Part shown: piece after piece, positions 1 to 13,817 of the stretch | Position numbering within the stretch: position 1 is the stretch's first letter | How the letters are laid out: each line of letters begins with the position of its first letter | Program-made: the position numbers and the translations under genes | Notes under the pieces: generated by a model | What the model was told of the DNA's origin: nothing | Database searches by the model: none | Seen by the model: the letters and a program-made list of their open reading frames with translations, nothing else | From: Felis catus | Lineage: Eukaryota | NCBI RefSeq assembly: GCF_018350175.1 | Contig: NC_058368.1 | Span: 236,036,001-236,100,000, forward strand | Reading direction: 5' to 3' | DNA: 64,000 bases

Positions 1-2819
1 TGGATTCTGTGCAGAACCCTCTGCCAGGCATGTGGCCTTGAATCTCAGCATGGAGGAGAGGAGGTGTCAGGATGGCAGTGATCCCAGAAAGTCCCCATCC
101 TTCCGGAAAACTGTGAGGTCATTACTCCCCACGGGCACCTTTGGCTAAGCGTTGCCTCTATAGAGCGGGAATACACGTCTACCCAGGAAGGTTGGTAGGG
201 AGTCACGTTCACGTCCCAGTATTCGATCTTCAGCAGGGTGACTCAAGAAGATAGCTGAGTTGGCAGGCATCAGACATGGCTCTTTCTGGGAGCAGAAGAG
301 TTAACATAAAGGCAGAATCAGCTTAGTCATGCAGAGGCTTCAGGAACTAGGACCTCTGCAAAGGAGCCTGTGGTTCTGAGCCTCCGGAAACCAAGGGTTC
401 AGATTTGTCATCACTTTATCGCTATTGTATCCGTGGCTCTGTTCGAGCGTGTATTCTGCTTTATCTCTCAGCTGCCAAAGACAAGTGGTTCACACAGGCC
501 AGCGAGCGGAAGCCAGAATGCACTTTGCCCCGTGATTACACTCAGGGGTCCCTTTCCCCGTTGACCTCCTTCAGGCATGCCTTCTAGAAGTCGGCGGACA
601 GAGTAAAGGAAAACCGTCCAGACTAGGAGTTCTGCAACAGTGACCGTTGCTCGTTCTACCATCACCAGAAGCTTATACTTTTCTTTCCAGCTGTCCTGTG
701 TCTAGGCGACTGTACTGCACCTCCCCGGTGCCTCCCGTGGACAGTTGGTCTCAGCCTGTGTGCGCATGAGACCCACGACACAGACAGCGAAGGCTGGCAA
801 GCCTCGTTGCGCATCTAGTGTGAACCCGTGATGAGATTCCGCGCCCTTCCCCCGCCACAGGGACCACCCCTGGGAGAAAGGGGGATTTTCTTACAGGAAA
901 ATGGCTAGGTATGAATTCCCCACATTTGCAAAGCTTGCATTTAAGGAAAACAGAGTTATAATTTGCCCTAGAAAATGAAAGCACCAAGAGAGCTCCACAC
1001 CCTTTGTTAAATGACGACCAGCATTCACTCACTCACACATGCAAATAGCACGGCGTCTAGTAATTAAAACAAGAAAAGAGAAAGCACAACAAACGATCAC
1101 CGTCCAGCTCTGCAGGCGGGTTACGCTTTCCCAAGAGCGCGCACCGGGTCTGGCTCAGCGCAGGCAGCAGGCCGTCTATGCCAACGCTGGAATCGCTGTT
1201 GCGTTTATGTCCGACTCGGTTTCTTTTGTGGCTTCATCACAGACGCCGGCGCTCATGTGTCGGGTCTGACTGACATCTGAAATAAGCTGAGGCCCGACTT
1301 TGTTTCAACAAAGATGGGATTGAGAAGAGGTTAGTCCCTTGCTTCGCTTCCTAGTGTCAAAAAAATTTGCTCCGTTTTGATATCTGCCTTTGTTCCCTCC
1401 ATTGGGGAATTAAGCCCTATGATAAACAGACATTACAACTTGTTCTAGGAAGTGAGTGGCTGTGGCCTCGATGAATGCCCCTGGCTCGCTCTAGGCTGCC
1501 ATTGGGTAATTGGCTGCCATCAGGCACAACGTAAACCCACCCGCCTTCTGCCCTCCTTCTGGACAACGCGCCGCCTTCAGCATCCTCCTGCTACCCCTTG
1601 AGCTGATTTTAATAACTCCCTCGCCGTGTCCCCAGGCTAGCTGTGTTGGCACTGAACCCTCCATCGTGTGAAGCCTCGTTGCTTGGGTAACACTGGGCCT
1701 CTCCAGCGAGACCCCCTGTGCCTCACGCGCCCTTCCTTCTTCACGTGGCTCGAAGAGGTGATCACAGAATTTACTTGGAGCCGCATTCAAGGGGCTTCCT
1801 TTCTCCGGTAAGAGGGGAGCCAGAACGTCGTTTCAAGTCTGCAACAGCCTGACCTCTGCCCTTCGGGTCAAAGTGCCACCGTTTCCTGGGACAAAAGACA
1901 AACTTGGAGGGGGGCGTGGGGGTCAGTTAATTCAGGACCATTCCGTCTCCCGTGCTGTAATAGGATACGCAAAATGTTGCCATTTCTCGCCTCTTTAAAC
2001 CCTGTAACTGGAAGCGTCTCGTTGGAGTGTGAATTGGGATCTGGGGGACAAGCAGAAAACACAAAATCATTTCGTACTGATTCGCTGATGTCATCACAGA
2101 CTCAGCTGCCCTCGCCCCAGGACATCAGATCTGAATTATTTAAACCGAATCGAAAAATAGGAACCGTGACTTGATCGTAACCTTGCAACCGTTGTGTCTG
2201 GGTTTAAGTAAATGCTCTCATCAGTTCCTCCATTTAATCATATATAAGCCAAAAATACTTCTGCGTGTTGCACTGAGCAGACAGGCTTCAGAGGACAAAA
2301 AGGAGGTGATAAAACAGATATCTATAGGTGCCTGTGCTTTCAACCTCGCGTGCCCATTGCTCTGCTCAATAATTTTACAACTTTACAATGGATGGAACCA
2401 TCACTACAATCGTTTTAAGGCGAGGGGACTTCAGAATCCATGTCGAGTCTATGTCAGGCACATCGACATCTCATAATTTGAGAGACACTCGGATCGCCTT
2501 CTTGTTCAGTGGGCATCTTAGCAACTTATTCTTGCAGTCACTCCCAGTTTAAGGATGGCTTGAACTTGTTTAGTTAAACCCCAAAAGACCTCGTGAGGGT
2601 AAAGCGCTCCTGCAGGGCCCCCGAATGTGGCAGTGAATCAAACAGGAGGTTCTTCATCTACCTTGGGAGATTTCTTACAATGGGAGCCTCGGGGAGGGGA
2701 CAAGGAGGCAAGTGGTGTGACTTCGTGGGCTCCTAAGTACCTCCTAAGTACCTCTGGGGGGAAAGGGGAGACAGGTCTTTACTCTGAAGTTCAAGTAAAC
2801 TTCTCATCTAAGCTCCATC

Positions 2820-4239
2820 TTTTTTTTTTTAATATGAAATTTGTTGTCAAATTGGTTTCCATACAACACCCAGTGCTCATCCCAACAGGTGCCCTCCTCC
2901 ATGCCCATCACCCATTTTCCCCTCTTCCCCACTCCCCATCAACCCTCAGTTTATTCTCAGTTTTTTAAGAGTCTCTTATGGTTTGGCTCCCTCCCTCTCT
3001 AACTTTTTTTTCCCCTTCCCTTCCCCCGTGGTCTTCTGTTAAGTTTCTCAGGATCCACATAAGAGTGAAAACATACGGTTTCTGTCTTTCTCTGACTTAT
3101 TTCACTTAGCACAACACTCTCCAGTTCCATGCACGTTGCTGCAAAAGGCCAGATTTCATTCTTTCTCATTGCCACGTAGTATTCCGTTGTGTATATAAAC
3201 CACAATTTCTTTATCCATCCGCCAGTGGATGGACATTTAGGCTCTTTCCATAATTTGGCTATTGTTGGGAGTGCTGCTACAAACATTGGGGTACAAGTGC
3301 CCCTATGCATCAGCACTCCTGTATCCCTTGGGTAAATTCCTAGCAGTGCTATTGCTGGGTCATAGGATAGATCTATTTGTAATTTTTTGAGGAACCTCCA
3401 CACTGTTTTCCAGAGTGGCTGCACCAGTTGGCATTCCCACCAACGGTGCAAGAGGGTTCCCGTGTCTCCACATCCTCGCCAGCCTCTATAGTCTCCTGAT
3501 GTGTTCATTTTAGCCACTCTGTCTGGTGTGAGGTGGTATCCGAGTGTGGTTTTGATTTGTATTTCCCTGATGAGGAGCGACATTGAACATCTTATCATGT
3601 GGCTGGTGGTCATCTGGATGCCTTCTTTAGAGAAGTGTCTGTTCATGTCTTCTGCCCATTTCTTCACTGGATTATTTGTTTTTCAGGTATGGAGTTTGGT
3701 GAGTCTTTATAGATTTGGATACTAGCCCTTTATCCGATATGTCATTTACCAATCGCTTTTCCCATTCCGTCGGTTGCCTTTTAGTTTTGTTGATTGTTTC
3801 CTTTGCAGTGCAGAAGGATTTTATCTTCATGTGGTCCCAACAGTTCATTCTCGCTTTTAATTACCTTGCTTTTGGAGACGTGTCAAGTAGTACGAAATTG
3901 CTGCGGCTGAGGTCAGAGAGGTTTTTTCCTGCTTTCTCCTCTAGGGTTTTGATGGTTTCCTGTCTCACATTCAGGTCCTTTATCCATTTTGAGTTTATTT
4001 TTGTGATTGGTGTAAGAAAGTGGTCTAGTTTCATTCTTGTGCATGTTGCTGTCCAGTTTCCCCAGCACCATTTGTTAAAGAGGCTGTCTTTTTTCCATTG
4101 GATACTCTTTCCTGCTTTGTCAAAGATTAGTTGGCCATACTTTTGTGGGTCCGATTTTGGAGTTTCTATTCTATTCCATTGATCTGTGTGTCTGTTTTTG
4201 TGCCAATATCATGCTGTCTTGATGATTACATCTTTGTAG
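2820..4239 (-). mobile_element. 5'-truncated felid/carnivore LINE-1 (3' part of ORF2, 3' UTR, poly(A))
   Basis: Poly-T at 2820-2830 is followed by an antisense L1 3' UTR. ORF 2999-3667(-) encodes the ORF2p C-terminus ([42 protein letters not shown]). The zinc-knuckle region is altered (GWRGCG...HRWWEC) and the end is frameshifted, so the copy is non-functional. Confidence 0.97.
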
Positions 4240-5134
4240 CTCTTTTATTCAGTTTTGTCTTTATCATGTTTTGTCTGAAAACATATCCCTCCACATTCTT
4301 CTTCAAATTGAAATGTTATTTCTATCTATTTCACACACCCCTGTGTATTTACATATGTATATGCATGTGCTTTTTGTCGCTGTATTTATAAATACTCTCG
4401 AAATACCTGCCATAGACCAGGGCGCCCCTGTCTCTGACGTACAGCTCCTCGATTGTACTTCACAGCCCCTTTTATAAAATTAGAAAATGAGTTATTGCAA
4501 GACCACTTAGACTTAAACATCGCTTTCCTATAGCTCTGGAGACTTTGATGCTGTTATTCATGAAACAGTTGTCAAAATGAACATATTTATTATATGGGGT
4601 ACTTGGGTAAAATAAAAGCCCTTCTTGAATTTAAGAGGTTTTCTCAAATCCAAGGACAGTTTCCCGAGTCTGAGTCCCCGATCTCTCTATAGTATTTAAC
4701 ACTCTTGGTCACTCCCTGCCTCCGTCAGCTTTCTCTTGTCTGGCCTGTAGTTACCAGGGCCTCCATCCATGTGGAAGCCCCAGGCGTGGGGTCGGTCATC
4801 CCAGAAGAGTAACCAAGAAGGTAGTCGCTTGTCTGATGCAGCCTGACACCCAGAACCAGCACTATCTCTGTCCTGGATGAAGATGAGCTTTCTCCCAATG
4901 GCTCCCCGATGCCCCACAGAGCTCTTCTGGATTGACCCAGAGCGACCAGAAGGGGGCCTCCTCTGATGTCCGCTCCAACATGTAAAGGCCTTGGAAGTCA
5001 TCACTCCTTGTCCTCATGAGAAAACAACCAGAAAATCTTAGATTCATCAAAGGATTGAGGTCACAGAGTGAATCACCAGCTCAAACTCTGCCAAGACGGA
5101 ATAATGGAGAGTCACCATTAAGATCAGCTTACTT

Positions 5135-5210
5135 GGAAAAAGGAAAGGAAAGGAAAGGAAAGGAAAGGAAAGGCAAGGCAAGAAAAGAAAAGAAAGAAAA
5201 GAAAAGACAA
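5135..5210 (+). repeat. Polypurine (GGAAA)n/(GAAAA)n microsatellite
   Basis: ggaaaggaaaggaaa...agaaaagaaaagaaag seen directly. Confidence 0.9.
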
Positions 5211-5879
5211 GACCCAACAAGACCTCCCTGAGTGCTGGGTACGCGGCTGGAGGTGGCTCTGCCGGGACGCTAAAGCAGGCACTGGAAGGGTACCTAGTAT
5301 TAGTACCGTAGCAAAGGCAGCGGTGGTAACGGTACCAGTTCTAGGAGTAATATTAGCACTAGGAAGAATGCTACCGGCAGGTTCAACGGCAGATTTCACT
5401 ACCGCTCCTCCCAGTAACTTGCAACATTGTGGTGAGATCAGAGCTCTCCAAGGATTCACGCAGAGCACTCGCCTCCCACGCCAAGGTGCGCTCTCAGGAC
5501 CTCAGTCCTCTGCCCGCCTGCCTTTAGACCCCTCTTCCACTCTCCCTAATCGTCCCTCCCCCATCTCTATTCACAAATAATACCAAATTGTTTAGAGTTC
5601 CGGATAATTATCTAATGGAAATCCGTGCCCCTCTTTTAGATGCACAAACCCGTCCTCCCCACTGAATGGTTGAACGTATGGCCCATTGACCTTTATGACC
5701 TCATTCTTGGGTCTTGTCTCTTGAGAACTTTAGGCCACTTTTGTCTAGGCAGAGTAAGGGATTTTCTTGCTTTCGCTGGCCATCTCACATTCTTAATGTC
5801 TCCAGATCGCTGGCTGTGTTGCAGTAATGACATGTTTTCAGATGGTCTTCCTCACCCAGCCATGCGCACCCCAGATGGT

Positions 5880-6005
5880 GCACACACCCACGTGTACCTC
5901 AGTGGCTACAGCATACTCTAATCACATTCTATTCAAAGTGCATAGCGGATGCTTTGTAAATGCCTAAGGGCTGTCGGGTGAATGCACGAAGGGAACGAGT
6001 GACTA
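5880..6005 (+). mobile_element. Possible degraded LINE-2 3' end
   Basis: gtgcatagcggatgctttgtaaatgc...gaatgcacgaagggaacgagtga loosely resembles the L2 3' terminus. Confidence 0.35.
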
Positions 6006-6125
6006 GGAAAATTAAAAGGATAAATAACTTGCTCTCAAACTGAGAAGGCAAAAAACTAGGAGGACTCAGAAGTCAATAATGGAGGAAACATTTCTTACAT
6101 AGGGAGGATTTAAAAAGAAAATCCA

Positions 6126-6361
6126 GGGGAGCCTGGGTAGCTCAGTCGGTTGAGCGTCCGACTTCGGCTCAGGTCATGATCTCGCGGTTCGTGAGTTCAA
6201 GCCCCACGTCGGGCTCTGTGCTGACAGCTCAGAACCTGGAGCCCGTTTCAGATTCTGTGTCTCCCTCTCTCTCTCTGACCCTCCCCCATTCATGCTCTGT
6301 CTCTCTCTGTCTCAAAAATAAACGTTAAAAAAAATTTAAAAAAATAAAAATAAAAAAAAAG
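6126..6361 (+). mobile_element. Can-SINE (SINEC)
   Basis: tRNA-like head, (CT)n and A-tail; 14-bp TSD AAAAAGAAAATCCA at 6112-6125 and 6362-6375. Confidence 0.97.
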
Positions 6362-6459
6362 AAAAAGAAAATCCATAATATGAATTTCTTTTCTCCTGGA
6401 TTTTGTTTGGTTTCATTTCTCTTCTCCAGTAATGGTAGGTAATTTTGGAGGTGGAAGTA

Positions 6460-8180
6460 ACTTTTATTTTTAGCTTTTTTGGAAAGAATTCTAGATTTTC
6501 AAAAGAAAAAAAAATTGCAAAGATAGTACAGATAGCTCCCTTGTGGTTGTCGGTCTGCTTCTCCCAATATTAATGTCTTACATGATAAAATATTAATTAA
6601 AATTGATTTTGTGGTGTTAGCTGAACTGTAGAGTTTGTATGGATTTCCCAGTTTTTCCAATGCTGGTTCTGTTTCCAGCCTCCAACCCAGGGGTCCACAT
6701 TGCATTTGTCTTCATGTCTCCTTGGTTCCTTCCTGTCTGTGAAAGTCCCTTAGTCTTGACCTTGAACTCCCGAAGAGCGCAGGTTGGGTATTTTGTAGAA
6801 CATTTCTCTATTTGCGTTTATCTGAGTTTTGTCCCTCCAAATTCAGATGCTGAAGACCTAACTTTCACATGCCAGGATATGGCTGTCTTTGAAGATACAG
6901 CATATGAAGAGGGAATTAGGTAAAATGAGACCTTTAGAGGGGGCCCTAATCCAATGTGACTGGTGTTTTTATGAGAAGAGGAGTTTAGGACATAGACACG
7001 CACAGAGGGACATCCACACGAGGACAGGGAGAGAAGACAGCCATCTACAGCTAAGAAGGGGCCTTCAGAAGAAACCAGCCTGCCAATACCTGCATCCCGG
7101 ACTTCTGGCCTCCACACTGTGAGAAAATAAATTTCTGTTGCCTGAGTGGTTCAGTCTATGGTATCGGTACCTAGCAAATTAATACACTAAAGTTTCCTCG
7201 CAATTAACTTACTTGTGCGGGTTTGGGGAAGATTATCACAGAGGTGATGTGCCCCTCTCCTTTCAACACATTAACCTTCACCACTTGGCAGGGCAGAGAC
7301 TTCCAGATTTCTCCACTGAAAAGTTACTGTTTTCCCCCTTCCTTTCTCCACAACTTAGAGGCAAGTTACTAAGTACAGCCCATGCTCAAGAGACAACGAA
7401 GCACCCCCTCCCCGAAGGAGAAGTGTCTGACAATTTGAGGACATGTGCCAAAACCTCTGATAAATGTATCAGAGAAGCTACTTTAAGAAGATGCCAATAT
7501 CCTTTTTTCCTTAAAACTCCTTCCACTAATTTTAGCATTCATCCGGGCTTCTCGTCGGCAGTAATGATTCTCGTGACGTTCTAATGGCGACCTTTTATTT
7601 CGCCCATTTCTTCTACATTCGTTGACTGGGAGTTCTCTTTATGGAATCTTTCTCTCTTCTCCCCCATTTATTTATTAGTGTAATCATTCACTATGTCAGA
7701 ATAACATATCAGAATGGATTTTGGTATATGACTTTTATCCTTGGGGTTATAATGCAGTACAATACTTACCGATCTCGCCGTACCACCTGTTCTATTTTGG
7801 GCTGTTGGAGAAACTTTTAGGTGAGCTCCTGAGATCCCCCCCTGCCACCACCACCACCTACACACCCACTTTGCTCTAGACTCGCTTTCTATTTATTTTT
7901 TTCTTTTTCTTGACTGGAAAATGGCTGGAATCAGCCATTTTTTTTTTTTAACAGGTCTTGATTCTTTTTACTGGAGAACAGGATTTAGAAAACACCATCT
8001 AGGCGTTAAGTGTGTTTGTTGCGACCGGGGTGTCAGTGACTCACCCCTTCTCCATGTGCACTGTGACACACACACACCACGCACACACATCCATAATTAT
8101 GTCTTCATCTATCCATCTGTACGCATATAAATCTAACCCTAACCGTGAGTTCACACTGGTCTCCAAGCACAAGCCAGCAG
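6460..8180 (-). mobile_element. Old L1M (L1MC-like) 3' region, interrupted by an MLT1 LTR
   Basis: Antisense L1MC-like motifs (ttgcaaagatagtacaga; ccacattgcatttgtcttcatgtctccttgg; tattttgtagaa); sequence continues after 7186. Confidence 0.65.
6813..7186 (+). mobile_element. MLT1 (MLT1A/B-like) ERVL-MaLR solo LTR
   Basis: gggccctaatccaatgtgactggtgt; gacttctggcctccacactgtgagaaaataaatttctgttg; ends in aataca. Confidence 0.88.
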
Positions 8181-10773
8181 GTAGGGCTAACTTTTCAAAT
8201 TGGAACAGTTCGGTGTTGCTTTAGTTGTTTTTCTCTGAAGTAAGACATGCACACACACCTAGCTTATGTGTGTAGAACAAATTAAATAATGCTTCCATTG
8301 ATCCAAGAGTATCCAAGAGGGACAAATATTTCCATTTATCCGTAGAACAATGGCCAGTGCAATTTGGATGCTATGCACATCCAACACGGGTGGATTTGAA
8401 GTTCCAAGATTCCGCACATAACTTGCCCAGTGTTACCCTTCATTCGTAGAGGAAGCACCACCCTGGGAGCACCTATAATAGCCCATTCTCTCTCGATATT
8501 TTCCCCTCCTTAATCTGAGGGTTCCCCTTTTAGTCTTTCCTTCCCAACCCCGAGCTCAGTAAGTTCTAAAACTACATACAAGTGTATCCAAAAAATCTTG
8601 TTTGGGGAGACATTGGCTGTGTGGGTTTCTGGTGCCTGACTGTCTATGAAATCCCCTAATAGGTTTGTCAACGTTTTGTGGTGTACCGTCCGCCGAAATT
8701 GCGTGAGTGACTTACTTTGCGTGTAGTTTTCCGGAAAGAAAGAAGGCGATTCTCTGATCAGTGCTCGTGGACAGAGAGCCAGAGCGGAGGCAGGAGCCCA
8801 AGAGACTGCGCCCTGTCCGTCCTCAGGAGGGCTGGAAGTCTGCAGATCGCAGCGCCCTTTCACAAAAGGTGCGGGGTCCTAGAGGGGCGCGGTGTGCGTT
8901 CTGTCTTCTGCATGACCTACCTGGTGCCCGCAGGGCAGGTGAGCCCTCCAAGCCTCTCAGAGGTCCTGCTCGCTCACCTCTGAGCTGAGGGCTTGGCCGC
9001 CCGGGGCCCTCGGGTCCCCAGATCTCTCCAGTCCCAGGGTTCAGGGGACTCCGAAGAGGGAGGGGAGCCCCGCCTGCGCCAGGCTCCTGGCTCCCGCTCG
9101 TTCAGCTCCGCTCTCACCGGGACGATCTGACTTTCCAGGGCTGTCATCACAAAGGCGGTGCAGACGATGCGTTTGCCTCGTTCCCCTCCCGTGTTGGAGA
9201 AAAGAGATCCACGCGATGAGATCGTCCCCCGGTTGCCTGATTCTGCCTTCCTCTGTGTACTTTAAACGCTGTCAGAAACCACTTACGGCTTTTTCACTCC
9301 AGACGCCTCCTCCGCGGGAGTAAATATTTGTCAAATGCCACCTCTCCCTCCGTCTGCCTCGTGGGGACAGGCGGGCTCTCCGTGTGCCGCTTCTCTTTGT
9401 GCCTGCCGTCCTCGTCCAATCGCTCTGTGACGTCTGACATTTCTCTCCCTCCCTCTCCGTCTGCCGCTCTTTTATAAAGGATTGAGTTGTGTTTTATCCT
9501 CTATCTAATCCTTTCAAAATACCGTGTGTACCTTTCTAAATGATGGCAACCCCTGACAAGGCAAGGGAGGCGAGAAAGCTGGGAACCGCATCAGAAGGGT
9601 CCGCTAAACCTGTGGTGACAGCAGGGAGGGATGCTAGGACTCGCTCCCTTTCGGTCTGAGGGCACCTTCGCTGTGTTTCCGAGGACAGGGACAGAGGGCG
9701 GAGGCCTGGCGGTGTTCGGGGGCCCTCTGCCTGCCAATCTCCTCGACCTTGAAGGCAAAATAAAAGCTAGAGGAAAATACGGGAGCCCGGTCTAAACGGA
9801 AAGCCAGAAATCAAGGAAGCAGGTGCATAGCTTCAGATATACCACCGCCAGAAATACCACCGCCGTCTCCCACAGGCAGAGAGGATTACAGCTGGAGGGG
9901 TGACCTGGTCAGACCTGGAGGAACGTAGTGACCGCCCCAAAGCCGGATTCCTGGCTTCCGTTTTGGCTGGAGAGTTCTGCCCATACCGAATGTCCTCCGA
10001 AGACAAGCTATACTCAGGGATATTGTTTCCCCTGCCTGCTTAGTGAGGGGCTCATTTGCATCCAGTTGTCAGGAGTTATGACATTTAATGTTATTAATGT
10101 CACTTCCATTATTCCAGTGAATCTCAGCTGCCTTCACCTACAAAATGTCAATGTTTCTGACTACATGACCATAACTAGAGACCCCCAAGGAGCGGGAAAA
10201 GGAAACACAGGTCTCCGTACTGTGGTCGGCCAACTTGCTGGCTCCCGTGTCATTCACCACCGTGGATTTGGAAATAGACTCACTCCGTGTCAGAAGGATG
10301 GCCCACGCGTTCATGTGTGACGCTGAACACACGCACGCGTGCGCACACACCGTTGTTTTCATTCTAGAAATCCAGCACAATTCAACAAATGCTCAGGGCC
10401 AATTCCGCGTTAGAAGGAATTGTGTCAGAAGTGTAAAAAAGGTAAAAAAAAAAAGCACTTTGATAAATAAACAGCTGGGCCAAAAAGGATCGGGGACCTG
10501 AGGACAAGAAGGGTGAGACTTGGAGGCAGCGGGACCTATAATTTCTAGAGGTTAATGCCGTGAGAATTACTGAATTATTAACTACTGTAATGACACTTAT
10601 ATGAACCATCGACAGAAATGTATTTACTGACGGAAGAATTTAGTGATATAATACAATCTTGGAAAAAGTGATGGTTTAATTTGGTAAATACAAGTGATAA
10701 CCCTAGTAATATTTCATATTTGAATGATTTTCATTTCCAGACAAGCCCCCAAACAAGATTTGGGTATAGTGAA

Positions 10774-10999
10774 TTTTTTTTTTAATTTTTTAAAATTCTA
10801 TTTATTTTTTAGAGAGAGAGAGAGAGAGAGAGAGTGAGCAGGGGAGGGGCAGAGAGAGAGGGAGACAGAGGATCTGAAGCAGGCTCCAGGCTCCGAGCTG
10901 TTAGCTCAGAGCCTGATGCGGGACCTGAATTCACAGACCATGAGATCATGACCTGAGCTGAAGTCGGACACTTCACCCACTGAGTCACCCAGGCGCCCC
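10774..10999 (-). mobile_element. Can-SINE
   Basis: T-rich tail, (AG)n, body ending cccaggcgcccc. Confidence 0.96.
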
Positions 11000-11069
11000 T
11001 GGGCAATGAGGAATCTTTTAAAATTGTATTTAATTGGACCTAAATTCAATTCTGAACTGAAAATAATTT

Positions 11070-13080
11070 TTACTTGGTGTTTTATCTTTTTATTGTGAAG
11101 ATTTTGAAATTAGAAGAAAAGGCAGAAAAGATCAATGCAATAACCATTCAGATCCAACAGTTATCATTTTGCCTCATTAAAAAAAAATTACTGTTTTACT
11201 TTTCTATCTCTGTTTCTATTAGTTTTTGTCTTTCTTTCGATAGGTAAATAGGTAGATGGATGGATGTTTTGCTAAAACATACATACCCAGTACATATCCT
11301 AAACACCACCACCTTCCAGTTCACATCGACAAGGTTCCCCTAACATCTAGTCTATCCCAGACAACGTGAACACTTTGTCTAAGTTTTTCAAAATACTTTA
11401 GACCTGGTTTTATCAAATTCGGGTAAATAATGAAGTACAATAGCGTGCCACCTTCGTTCTTTTGTAACTCAAAAGAGCCCCTTCATCCCCAAAGATTTTA
11501 AACATTTTTTCATGATACTTTTTGAAGAGAATAAAACCATGGATGATTATTTTTATGGCCCGCGCTCTAGATGTGTTTGTTTTCTCACGGCATCATTACC
11601 TGGTTTCTTTAGCTCTTACCTTCTCTGTAGACTGACGGTGACGTCTACATTCCTGGCCATTGTTTTCAGCAGGGACACCTCTCGTGTCCTGTAACATGCT
11701 TGTCATTTCAGGACATCAGGACGTGCCCCGTGTCAGGGTGCTTTGTTATCAGTGACGCTAAATTCAATCCCTTGGTTAAGGTGGTGACAGCCATGCACCT
11801 GAGTTTTCAGGATCCATTGATGATACTTGCCTGAGTCAACAATTTTGCGGGCGGGGGGGGGGGTTGCAAAGTGATTTTTAATGATATTATTGCTTTTATA
11901 CTAATTAATTGATGTTGTTATGTAAAAAGCAGCCTTACTTCATCAACTAGGCTTATCTATTTTTACACCTAAAATTTTTGAGGAAGGCATTCACCTCTCC
12001 ATTTCTTTTCTTTTCTTCAAAATGGGCAGTTGATGTAAGAGTCCCCTGCAATGGGGGATAATAAGGTTTTTTTTCTGTTTTGTCTTTTTTTACGAGATTA
12101 AATATTTAAAAAAAAATTAATGTGTATTTATTTTGAGAGAGAAAGAGCGCGAGTAGGGGAGGAGCAGAGACAGAGACAGAGACAGAGAGAATTCCAAGTG
12201 AGCACTGTCAGCACTGGAGGCAGGACTCTAACCCATGATGACCCATTAGATCATGACCTGAGCTGAAATCGAGGGTCTGTAAGTCCGCTTAACCAACTGA
12301 GCCATCCAGGCACCCTGAGAGGTTCAATATTTTAAATTGTTCAGCACGTTATGCTCAATTACAGTTATCATTTTCCGGTGGCACCTAAAGTTTCCCAATT
12401 TACCTTCCGTGAACCCCTCCTTCAAGCTCTTCTGTCCTTTTTTTTTTTTTTTTTTTTTGGCCCCATTAGCCTTTGGACACTGGGGACTTACTCTCTGCAC
12501 ATTTGGAATCAGCCCTTGTTTAAGGAGCCCGGGATCCTGGTTGCAGTGAATGGGATTCACAGTTTCTGCGCACTAGACGTGTCTTCTGCTACAAGTGTCC
12601 TTACTTTAGGCTGCTTCAGCAGACAGCCTGGCAGGAGCGACATTTTTAAAAAGAAAATCACGATATTATATTTCCAAAAAAAGATGTGGGGGGGGGTTGT
12701 TGTTCTCAGCTTTTTTGATTTTCCATCTGTATCTGGTTTTTCTTACATTTGAAAATCTTGATTCATAATAACATTAACATTTATGATTATTGTTATCGCT
12801 CACAAGCTGCAGAAAATACTGTCCAAATTACAGAATCTGTTTTGTCACTACACGTAGAACTACTGCGTGACATTTCGGATTTATCCACAGTCTCTTTGAT
12901 CCTTAGACTATATCCCAGGATGTCCCATCAGAATTGTTTGTAAAAAATAATTTGGGTTATTTCTTATCTCAATGGTTAAGCTATTCATCCACTGTATAAC
13001 TAGGTTCATTTATTTTTGTTAAATTTAAAGATTAAAGTTTCTCCTATTTAATTTGACCTGTTTATACGTGAAACGTGACA
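11070..13080 (-). mobile_element. Old L1M (L1MC-like) antisense 3' region, interrupted by a SINE
   Basis: T-rich degraded sequence with L1MC-like motifs (cttggttaaggtggtgacagcc; gatccattgatgatacttgcctgagtcaacaatt). It probably continues in fragments to about 15500. Confidence 0.5.
12116..12316 (-). mobile_element. Older, diverged Can-SINE
   Basis: agatcatgacctgagctgaaatc...ttaaccaactgagccatccaggcaccc. Confidence 0.9.
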
Positions 13081-13104
13081 CGATACAAACGTCAAAACCG
13101 TATT

Positions 13105-13328
13105 GAGGGGCCTGGGTGGTGCAGTCGGTTAAGCGTCCGACTTCAGCCAGGTCACGATCTCGTGGTCCGTGAGTTCGAGCCCTGCGTCGGGCTCTGGGCT
13201 GATGGCTCAGAGCCTGGAGCCTGTTTCCGATTCTGTGTCTCCCTCTCTCTCTGCCCCTCCCCCGTTCATGCTCTGTCTCTCTCTGTCCCAAAAATAAAAA
13301 TAAAAAACGTTGAAAAAAAATTAAAAAA
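13105..13328 (+). mobile_element. Young felid SINE (SINEC_Fc-type)
   Basis: gcagtcggttaagcgtccgacttcagccaggtcacgatctc body; TSD AAAACCGTATT at 13094-13104 and 13329-13339. Confidence 0.97.
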
Positions 13329-13359
13329 AAAACCGTATTAAAAGTTATACTTACTTATT

Positions 13360-13574
13360 GGGGCGCCTGGGTGGCTCGGTCAGTTAAGCGTCTGACTTTG
13401 GCTCAGGTCATGATCTCGCAGTCCGTGAGTTCGAGCCCCGCATTGGGCTCTGTGCTGACAGCTCAGAGCCTGGAGCCTGTTTCAGATTCTGTGTCTCCCT
13501 CTCTCTGACCCTCCCCCATTCATGCTTTGTCTCTCTCTGTCTCAAAAATAAATAAACGTTAAAAAATTAAAAAA
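13360..13574 (+). mobile_element. Can-SINE (second of a tandem triplet)
   Basis: Full SINE body; AAAAGTTATACTTAC at 13340-13354 and 13575-13589. Confidence 0.96.
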
Positions 13575-13590
13575 AAAAGTTATACTTACA

Positions 13591-13817
13591 GGTGCGCCTG
13601 GATGGCTTGGTCGGTTAAGCATCGACTTCACCTCAGGTCATGATCTCACGGTTCGTGGGTCCGAGCCCCACACTGGCCTCTGTGCTAACAGCTGGGAGCC
13701 TGGAACCTGCTTCGGATTCTGCGTCTCCCTCTCTCTCTGCCCCCTCCCCCTCCTTCCCCGCTGGCGCTCTGTCTCTCTCTCTCACTCAAAAATCAGTAAG
13801 CATTAAAAATGTTTTTA
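13591..13817 (+). mobile_element. Can-SINE (third, more diverged member of the triplet)
   Basis: SINE body flanked by aaaagttatacttaca and aaaagttgtacttcca. Confidence 0.94.

Noticed and set aside
2999..3667. 222-aa ORF as a host gene
   Set aside because: It is the C-terminal part of L1 ORF2p in a truncated, mutated copy.
3501..4391. Hydrophobic plus-strand ORFs resembling membrane proteins
   Set aside because: These are antisense readings of A-rich L1 ORF2.
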